From the NCBI GenBank assembly GCA_951406725.2, contig OX597819.1:47368001-47432000 (forward strand): a stretch of 64,000 nucleotides of DNA, read 5' to 3'. The position numbers and the translations under genes were made by a program. Origin of the DNA: Octopus vulgaris. Taxonomy: Eukaryota. Below the pieces are notes generated by a model, which saw only the letters and a program-made list of their open reading frames with translations, was not told the DNA's origin and searched no databases. Numbering within the stretch: position 1 is the stretch's first letter; each line of letters opens with the position of its first letter. This document shows positions 50,242 through 61,000 of the stretch, in pieces.

Positions 50242-53200
50242 TATATAGATAGATAGATATATGCATGTGTCTTTATGTTTATGCTTACCCTCTATCCCAC
50301 TTCTCAACAACTGGTGTTGGTTTGTTTACATCTCTATAACATAGTGGTTTGGCAAAAAGACACCAACAGATTAAGCACCAAACATAGAAATAAGTACCAA
50401 GTGTTGACTTGTCTGACTAAACCGTTTAAGGCAGTACCCCAGTATGATCACAGTTCAATAACTGAAACAAGTATAAGATAATGAATGAAGAATGATTGCT
50501 TTAGGATATCCAATTTTAGTAATTGCCAGTAAATTATTGAACAAGTTAAAAAATTTGTAAGGGTATTAGGGTCCCTTATATGGATCACAGTTTTTGATAT
50601 TCAATTTTGTTCTATTGATTTTAGATCAGTAACATATTTTATTGTGAATAGTATGATGGATTGCGCCCCCAAAGTCCATCCCCTCCTCATCGTGGTGGGG
50701 ACGGGTAGTGTCAGAGCTATGTCGTCGGGAACTTTGGTTCCTGGTAGGGCCACCCAAGGCAGATTGGTCTGACACTGAGTGGTATTAGGGCCACAACTGG
50801 TGAAAATCCTCGGAGTGTCTGTTTCGGTAACTGGCGGCTCCTCGGTCGTTCTGTCCCTGCATCTGTGGACAATCTGTAACTTAGTTATCATTAAGCTAGT
50901 GTTAGGAACATAAATTGTGACTAAGGTTTGGTGGAAGATTCTAATTCAAAACTTATGAAAATAAGACCTGTACTACAGAACCAGAGGTCATTTCAGCAGG
51001 GTTGGTATCGAGAGGGTTAACAGAAGAAATAACTCAAGGGACTTCATTTGTAAAGCACCAGGTTTTTGTTTTTGCTTTGCCAATGTGTATATCCTTTGCT
51101 GATATACATTGGCAAAACACACATACACACATTGTGTGTATCCTGAGTTTTAGAATAGGTAGCTCATATCTCAGCATATCATTAACCGTTTAGCATTCAG
51201 ATTAATCTGTCAAATGTAATGCTTATTTATTCACATTGTCTTGAATTAATCATGTAATATTTTGTTGCTTTGAGATTTGTGATTGTTTATTTTTAAAATG
51301 ACATTGTAGGGTTGGTGCAAGAAGCCAGATCTGGCCAGCATGAACATGAAACAAGTAAAATATTTGCTAAAGGGTTAAAGACAACTAAAATTATAGGTGT
51401 CAAAGAGAGTATCCAGTTATAAAAAAACTACCTCGAAAATGTTCCATCCAACCTATGCCAGCATGGTAAAGTAGATATAAAACCAATGATGAAACTACAT
51501 ATATGATGAGCTTTTGCATAAACAGCTATCATGTGATGAATTCTACAAGATAAAGCTATGATAGAAGACACTTTCCAAAGGTACACAAAATGAGATCAAA
51601 TCTGGAACCATATGTAGTGGCAATGCAAAACTGCTTTATCATATTCCTGTGCTTAATGCAAAATAACTTTTGCAAATAGGACTTGTAAGCAAGTTTTCAG
51701 CTGAGGTAATAATAGATGTGTCATATTTGTGTAAATAATACTTGCATCAGATTAATAACTTAGATGCCATGATATAAATGAAATTGTTTGGGGAAACATT
51801 TTAGATAAATAAGCTTTTATAAATATTGGTTTCAAATTTTGGCACAAGGCCAGCAATTTTGGGGGAGGGGCAAATCAATTACATGAACCCCAGTATGCAA
51901 CTGGTGCTTATTTTATCAACCCCTGAAAGGATGAAAGGCAAACTTGATCTCAGCAGAATAATTATTATGAATAGTGAATAGTTTATTAGACACCAGTTCC
52001 ATTTTATTAGAAAGAGAATGAGAACAAAATTCATAAAGAATACGTGTATTTGCATAAGAAAATGTGGGCCTGGTGGTTAGGGTGTTGCACTCACAATCAT
52101 GAGATTATGGCTTCAATTCTCAAACTGGCTGTGCATTGTGCTCTTGAGCAAAACACTGCATTTCCTATTGCTCCAGTTCACTCAGTTGTGAATAGGTTAC
52201 CTTGCAATGGACTGGCATATAAGGATGAGATTGTGACTCAGGAAAATGACCTGAACAGTAACTAAGTTCATTTCATATTATGCTGATAAAAATCTTTGGA
52301 AATATTAATAAATACATGAATAAATAAAAGGAATATTTAAAAAAAGGAAATATTACCTAAAACCTTTGATCTTCTCTCAAGGACATTCTGATATTTTTCC
52401 TTATCAGCTTCAGCATGGCCATACAGAGTAAAGACATAGGCATAGAGTGATAACATGTATATGTCTTCATAATCATGGGATCGGAGACAGTTAAGCCCTT
52501 TATCAATGATCAGGTCCTAAAATTTAATAAAGAGTTAAATATTACAATTGAATTTTTCATAAATATTTCCATGTCTACTCTCTAAGCTAGAGCTTCTCAA
52601 ACAGAAACACTAGGTAGATCTTATAAAAAATGACATATTTGCCCTCTTTCCATCCTTCATTAACAAGACAGAAGAACATTTGGATCCATATAATTCATCT
52701 TTCTTCACCATGGTGCTAAACATGTTTCATCATCATCAAGATTCCTTAACTAATGCAGCAAGTCATTGGGGTGCCATTCTAGATGCTTTTGCAGTCAGTC
52801 ATCACCACTGGTCTCTGTTCTCTGCCATGCATACAATCTCAAACATAACAGCAACATCCTGGACAATTCCAACAACAACAGAGAACTTGGGGAGACTCCA
52901 ATTCTCCAGGAGGAAATTGAAGAGATAGTATACATGCTCAAAGACAGGAAATCTCCGAGAGTGAGTAACATCCCATCAGAACTCATAAAACATGGAGGAC
53001 CAATACTTTTCAAGGTACTAACAGTTACCTGGTAGAAATTATCAGGAGACAAAGCAGTGGTGAAGCTGTTCAACCCATAGCACCAAGGAAAATGGACGTT
53101 AAATGATGATGACAATGACGATTTCATAAAGTAAGCACCATCTTACAAATGATAAGTTATATGGTTTTTTTTGGAGATGTACTTGCCTGGCAAGTGATTT

Positions 53201-53852
53201 GATCTGAGGCTGTGTTGAAACTTTGAAAGACACATACTAACCATTCAAAAGCACCAAAAACTGTTAACTTCACTTAAATGTTTATTAATTGATGTCAAGT
53301 TAACAAATTTTGTATGCTTTTGAAATGCTGTTATGTGTCTTTTATGCTGTATTACATATGTTTTTATATGAACAAATTCTCCTTTTCATTTAAATGTTTT
53401 TTAAAATTAGGTTGGCATGTGTTGTCCAAAAAATACTTGAACTCTGCAACAATCTAAGTTTAGGAACTGCAGATTTAGAAGATAACACCAATGGTTGCTG
53501 TATAACCTAATTATCTTAAACTTCTTCCCTACCAAATGCAGAATTACAAGCACTTGCATTCATTTAAGCATTTTCTTAAAGTAAGCAGGGCATACTTTGG
53601 TGTTAATAACTTATAAATCATCCTCTCATTATTAAGAAAGCTAATGAAGCTAATTTTATAGATTTGCTCAATACAGAGCTTGACCATCTTAGTGTACATG
53701 AAGCTCAATTCTGGTATGAGATTTCATGTGGCTTTTTAAACCAGATATACCTTTAAAAAGATGTCTACACAAATTGCACACCAGTTTTGGTGCAGCTTGA
53801 ACTGCTTGTGGTGTCTGATCTTGATGAACCTTGAAATGCTTCTTTAGACTTC

Positions 53853-53887
<35 letters not shown>

Positions 53888-55646
53888 TACATACATAGTA
53901 ATATCTCATAGGTTTACAAGTTTCTATGAGTTATATTTTTTGTTTATGAGGTTTTGCTTTACGAGCATTCTCCAGGAATGAATTAACTTGTATATCAAGG
54001 CATTACTTATTATATACAGTGGCGGCCAAAATGTTCAGAACGGCATTGTTTTCGTCAGAAAAGTAGATATAATTTTTTATCAAACTTCTTTTATATTCTA
54101 TAATTTTCACAGACAATAAATACGATATTATTTGTTATTGCCTGAGATTTTGGTGTAATTTGAGAGGATAATACAAAAGTTATGGATGATTTAGTGATTT
54201 ACTGCAAAACCCATGGCGGCCAAAATGATCAGAACGGTTGCTTTTACTCCGTGTTTTAGTATATTTAACTGGCGAACTCTAATGTTTTGAATTTGTTTAC
54301 GTGACGGTTCGTTTACTAAACATTAGTAAGAATATTTTCAGTGTATTTTGTTAATATAATGTCACTTACTTCGTTACCAATTCATCAGCAGATTATTAAG
54401 CTTCGAAGGAAGGATAATTTAAGTATTGGATCTATTGCAAAGATTGTTAACAAGTCAAAAAGTGTTGTACACGGTATTCTTAAGGTCTACGATGATTGTG
54501 GTTCGTGTGAAGCAAGAAAGTTTACAGGTAGGCCAAGAAAAACGACCAAGAGAGAAGATCATGCTATGGTAAAGTTGGTTAAAAAGGACAGATTTAAAAC
54601 TGCTGCTGCTGTTTCTCGGAAAATGAGCATTGTATTGAAGAAAACTTTATCTCGATAAAACTGTGTCTCGTCATTTAGTTGAACATGACCTACAAGCAAG
54701 AGCACCTGCAGTGAAGCCACTGATCAGCTCCAAGAATAAAAAGTGTCGTCTTACCTTTGCAACCGAACATGTGTTGTGGTCTCAAGAAAAATGGCAAACG
54801 GTGCATTTCAGTGATGAATCTAAGTTTATGTTATTTGGCTCAGATGGGAAAAGGTATGTTCGTAGAAAAGTAGGTGAAAAATTGTCACCTAAATGCCTTA
54901 AGACTAGTGTTAAATTCGGTGGAGGAAGTGTCATGGTTTGGGGAATGATATCTGGAGATGGTGTGGGCTCTTTGGTGTGATTACATGGAAAGGTAAATGC
55001 AGGAGTTTATAAACAACTTGTAAAAGATCATGTCTTGCCTGTGCTGAGAAATTCAACTAAGTGACCACTCATATTCATGCATGACAATGCCCCATGTCAC
55101 AAGGCTAAGGTGGTCATGAACTTCCTTAAGGCTGAAAAGGTTATTGTTATGGATTGGCCTGCTCAAAGCCCAGATCTCAATCCTATTGAAAATGTATGGA
55201 ATATTCTAGGAGAACGTTCGAAAGCCAGAAATCCTAAAACAACTGAGCAATTATGGAATGCCCTTCAGGAAGAATGGAATAAGATCACCCAGCAAGAAAT
55301 TGAAAATTTAATTTCCTCATGCAGTCAAAGATGTCAGAGTGTGATTGAAGCTAAAGGGCTTCACACTAAATATTAAATAATTCCAGTATTCTCTGTCATT
55401 TTTGATTATGTTGTTATTTTTTCAACCGTTCTGATCATTTTGGCCGCCATGGGTTTTGCAGTAAATCACTAAATCATCCATAACTTTTGTATTATCCTCT
55501 CAAATTACACCAAAATCTCAGACAATAACAATTAATATTGCATTTTTTGTCTGTGAAAATTATAGAATATAAAACAAGTTTGATAAAAAATTATATCTAC
55601 TTTTCTGACGAAAACAATGCTGTTCTGAACATTTTGGCCGCAACTG

Positions 55647-55679
<33 letters not shown>

Positions 55680-56566
55680 TAATCCTTCCCAACTTCCTGC
55701 AAGATTTAAACTACTGCAATAATAATAAATAATGGAGAAGAAAGTTTACCACGTTTCTCTCTCTATATATAAATATAAATTAGTCTGTGAATTATCCTAC
55801 ATTCCAAAACATATAATACATATGTACATCTTAGTATGTTTAAATGGAAAAAAAATTTATATGTATATATATGTTTGTGTATATATGTATGTGTGCATAT
55901 ATATGTTCCTCATGAGTATGCAGATTAGTTTTGACATAACTGTATGATATATTGATTGTATAATTACTACCCTTATAACTTTCAAAAATATCTGTTTATA
56001 TATTATATTCTACATTCTATATACTATCTATGTGAATAACAGAATGCATCAAATATTAATAATAACTGAATATTATATATGCTTATAGATGTAGATATGT
56101 ATGTATATTTCAGTATATATATAAGCATTTATGTATATCTATATATGTATGTATATTCAAATGTGTGTGTATTTTATTTATTTTATATTTATATTTATTA
56201 TAACTTAACATTATGTACTTTATAATCTCTGACGAAGCCTAGAGATATATACAAGTACCTCATGTTCACTTACCTATTACTTCAATCCACTTGAGTAATA
56301 AAGGTAGAATGAGGTATTTTTATCTATTGGCTGAAATAGCTGTAAGCTATTTTCCCAATTTATATTCAGGTTTTTTATAATAATTACTGGTATCCTTATA
56401 TATTACTATATTTCATTTCTTATATCTTATATGTAAAGAATAATATGTTACATGTATGTATATCATTGTAATTATCAGTTTAGTAAATAAATAAATAAAT
56501 AAGTTAACATAATATAATGTCTAAAAGTTGATGAACCACCTATTGTTCTCCTTCATTTTCTTATTG

Positions 56567-56628
<62 letters not shown>

Positions 56629-59600
56629 CTGCATTTGTGAAACTTCAACTGAGTCAAACTATTCATTCATTCAGAGCAGATTGAATGAATGAATGAAAGT
56701 AGTTATTCAATGTGCAAAAAATAGAATCTAAATCCACATAAAATCACATCTTATCATCATAAAAAAGGAAATAGGGAACTATAAAGTAAGTCTTGATGAT
56801 GGTTAATGCTGGAATATATCTGAACATAGATCCGTTCAATGAAAACTATCCCATGGCTAAACAATATCAGCAATGTCAATATAATAAATAAATGATTACA
56901 TGGTCTCCATAAATGAAATATAGAGTGAAAATCTTGTGTATAAACGAATGAGGAGAGAAATAAATAAAACATACATGCTGTGGTGTGCCAAATTCTAGTA
57001 ATGCCATAATCACAAATGCAGTACTAATTCTTTCCATATTTTTCCTATCTTCATAAAGTCCAAATGTCAATGAATAATTCAGTTTATCATAAAAGCAACC
57101 ATTTTCGAGCTGTTGATCTCTTAGCCAGGATATGGATTTCTGAAGTTGCACCTCATCAACATAAATGTATGATCGAGCTTTCACGAGAATTCTGAGGACA
57201 AATGCAGTTAATAGTTCACTACCTTCTCTGTCTTGTGAGCCAAATATACTAAAAGAACCGTCTTTATGAATGTAATTCATTTGTTGTTGATAACCTGTTG
57301 AAGAAAATAAATGTATAAATAAATGAATGATTCAATAATTAGTTTAAAACTTTAGGAATAGATAATAATCATTATTAACAAATATAGAAAAAATATTCAA
57401 TTGAAGCTTACAATTATAATAGCTTAAGCTATTTTTTAAGCACCTGTAATGATTATTGCTTAAACAACTAACACTTTAGATCTTGAATGGTCACAGTAAC
57501 AAATATGCAATTTCTTACAGTTTGTCCCATAACTGTGTGTGTGTGTGTTTTTGCTGAGGTATATTAGGGAAGGATGTAAACAACAGTGCAGGAAAAAAAA
57601 AGTACTCTTTGAACAAGATCCTTTAAGATATTTGTTGTTCTGCACCAAGTTACAGACATGTCTTTGAGGTACTCATTTACAAGTAATGCAGCGAACCAGT
57701 GACAGGCCTGTTGGAAATGTGAAAGCCCATTTTATATATATATATATAAAAATTTATATATTTATTTCGTTATTATATTCACTGCGGTGTTTATTCTGAC
57801 CATATCGCACGAGGAGCTTTAAGGCAGGCAGTTTAAACTGGTCATGTACATATGTGCATATATATGTATGATTATATGTTTGTATATGTAAGTATGTCGT
57901 GTGTTGTATGTATATATATATATTTGTATTTATGTACTATCTGAGTGTATACCACTGATGAAGGCAGAGCATCTCTTATGCAAAGCCAGAAATCCAGGAT
58001 CTGGAATTATCCAGTAATTTTTTTGCTAATTTATTTTGTCTCTTTGTCTTGTCTACTGGTGCTGTATGAACATTTAATGTAGTTTTAGAGTCAAGTTTTG
58101 ACTACTATTTTCAGTGTGGTGGTATCTCTTAGATACCCTAAATTATAATTTTATATATATATATATATATATGAAATAAAGATGGGAGTCTTGTGTTCAT
58201 ATGTTTTACCCTCTCAGACTCCTACCAGTTACCTAAGGCTTTTTTTTTTTTACTTATGTGCATTTAAAAACACCAACGCAATCAAAACTACAATATAAAG
58301 AATGAAATTAAATTCTGGTCATACATTTTTCCATTATTTCTATTGCTTTCATTTCAATTTCATAAGAAACTTTTCCAACAGCATTCAAGAAATCCATGAC
58401 GAAAATGGTAGCAGCCAAGCTCAGGATGTTTCCTTCTCCATTTGTGATAGGATCATTCACTATATTTTCTAGAGATGATAACCCAGGCCATAACATATTA
58501 CCTAGAATTGCACAGAAAATATGAGGTGCCATTAAATCATATAACAAAATCACGTCAGATTTTTCATTGTAAAACATAGGAGAAATTTATATAAATCTAT
58601 ACAACAACTGTTGTAAATATAATTTTTCTATACAAAGAAACTTAGATGTCATACATTTTTGGATTATTTAGGTCTTTGTAAAGCCACCCTTCTTATCCTT
58701 TAACAGCCAACCATCAAACTGGAGTATATGTAATTTAAAATGAAGAGGCTAATGCTTATCAGCTGTACACTTCTCCCACTTAAAACTGTATGTACTTGTC
58801 TTTCTAATCTTCTGCCACACTTTGTCTTATCAACCAAGCTCCATATCACACAGTACATTAAGTACTTCATTAAGAATTCTTCCTCTGTTTCAGCTACACA
58901 AAGTGATAAACTGAAGTTGTTCAGGCTTTATATTAACTGTAGTCTTTCCAACATGTTTGATCTGAAACATCTAAGTATTTCATATTTGTATTTGGTTTGC
59001 AAGATTCTTGATGTGAATTCGTATGTTGAAAGAAATACTATTGAATCTTGAGAGGGGCATTATGCTGGTAATAAACACACGCACATGTTCGGCCCTTTTG
59101 CTATTGTTAGATAATGGGTTAGTTACTACACTAACAAATTTATCGATCAGCTGTTTTTTTACTAATTTTTCTAACTCATATGCTAAACACTTTGGTCAAG
59201 CAGTTAATCAATAGTTCAAATGTTCATTATTGTTTGTGTTGTCATTTCTTATTTTTTGTCAAATGATTATTTCATCACATTGTTGTGACCCCTTCAGTGA
59301 CACGTCTCTCTACTTCCATTTCTTTTGAACTTATCTAAGTATTTGAAAAATGATTCCCCTTCACAGAAAGAGGAATGGAGATGAATCCGGTAAATACATA
59401 ATTAATAGTTTCAAATTTTGATACAAAGCCAGCAATGTCATGGGAGGGAGTAAGTTGACTACACTAACCCCAGTGCTCAACTGGTACTTATTTTATCAAC
59501 CTTGAAATGATGAAAGGCAAAGTCAACCCAGGTGGTGTTTGAACTCAGAACATAAAGTCAGAAGAAATGCTGCTAAGCATTTTGTCCAGTGCAGTAAGGA

Positions 59601-60939
59601 TTCTATCACCTTGCAGCCTTAAGGGAAACTCCATTCTACTTTCCTCACAACAAAAATGACAACATCAAATATCTTCTTCACTCTCAGATGAAGAGTAAGG
59701 GCCTGAACCATTACATTCAACACATCTAGTAATTTCACTGGTAGAATTCTTTTGGAATTCTCCTAAGTATTACAGTTGTACCCCAGTTTTATGTTTGAGG
59801 CTGAATTTCATTAAAAAAAAAAAATTGAGGAGTAGCTACTCACCATATACCTTCCTCCCCATTAATTTCCATTACTGGATTGTTAATGAAATAAAATGTC
59901 ATTAAAGTTGTTGGTTAAGTTGTTTAGTTTTGTTAAGTTTGAACCAAATAATTCATGAAGTTTTAAATAAAGAATGGCAATAAGATAATTTAATGCTGAA
60001 AATGAAGTGTCAATAATTACCAATATTTTAAATAAGTGTAGTTGAAACAAATTAATATTTGGATAGCATTTCTAAAAATTACAAACTGAAAAAGGAAGAA
60101 AAAGTATAAAGATACCCAAATTTATTACCAAACATGTTGATTTCTGCTTTCACACTTCCAGGGACTGTATCTTTTGGTAGTTCAGTTGAAAGGATATTAA
60201 CATAATTTCCACCATGATCCTCTGAAATAGGAAGGAAAAAGAATAAAAAAATCTTTAACAAATTAAAATAAATCTTTTACAAACTTTTTTTAAAATATAA
60301 ATATGCTTAGAAAAATATGTGCTTCTTGTTCAGATTACGGATTTATACATATATCTAGAACAAACATAACTGTTGTAAGGATCATTTGGAATGGTGTTGA
60401 TAATCCTGGGTTGAAGGAATTAAGATTGAATACTAGTCAGTTGGTCCAGTAGGTAGGGGTCTCACATCAGTGAAGGGAGCTAGTGAACTGTAGAATTATC
60501 AAGAGGAGGCTCCTGAAACAGTAGCATTCTATCCTGATGACTACTGAAACCTACTGGCATCTGGAATGTGGAGCTTTCTATTGACACAGCACTTGGATGG
60601 GCAAGCTGTTTGCAAGTCTCTGTTCAAGGTTGTTTTGTATGGTGTTATAAGCAGTGGCTAAAGAATTATTGGTAAACTTGGAGTGCAATACAAAAATTGT
60701 TTAAAGCATCATGGAAACATCTGAAATACTGGCTTAATATCTAAGAAGGCCAATGCAACTGACAAAAGACAGAACATCTTAGAGGAATTTCACAAAAATT
60801 ATTAATGTTCAAACCAAAATATATAAAGAGAAGAAGAAACAACAATAACTTTGGCATGCTTCTTCATACTACTTAATTCAATCCAGTGCATAAAACATTA
60901 TTTTCAATGACAATGTAGTGGATCAAAATGTCTGTGTGT

Positions 60940-61000
<61 letters not shown>

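Noticed and set aside
60533-60570. CTGATGA...GAAAC hammerhead-like words
   Set aside because: Only 5 nt between the core motifs; no stem II or stem I can form.
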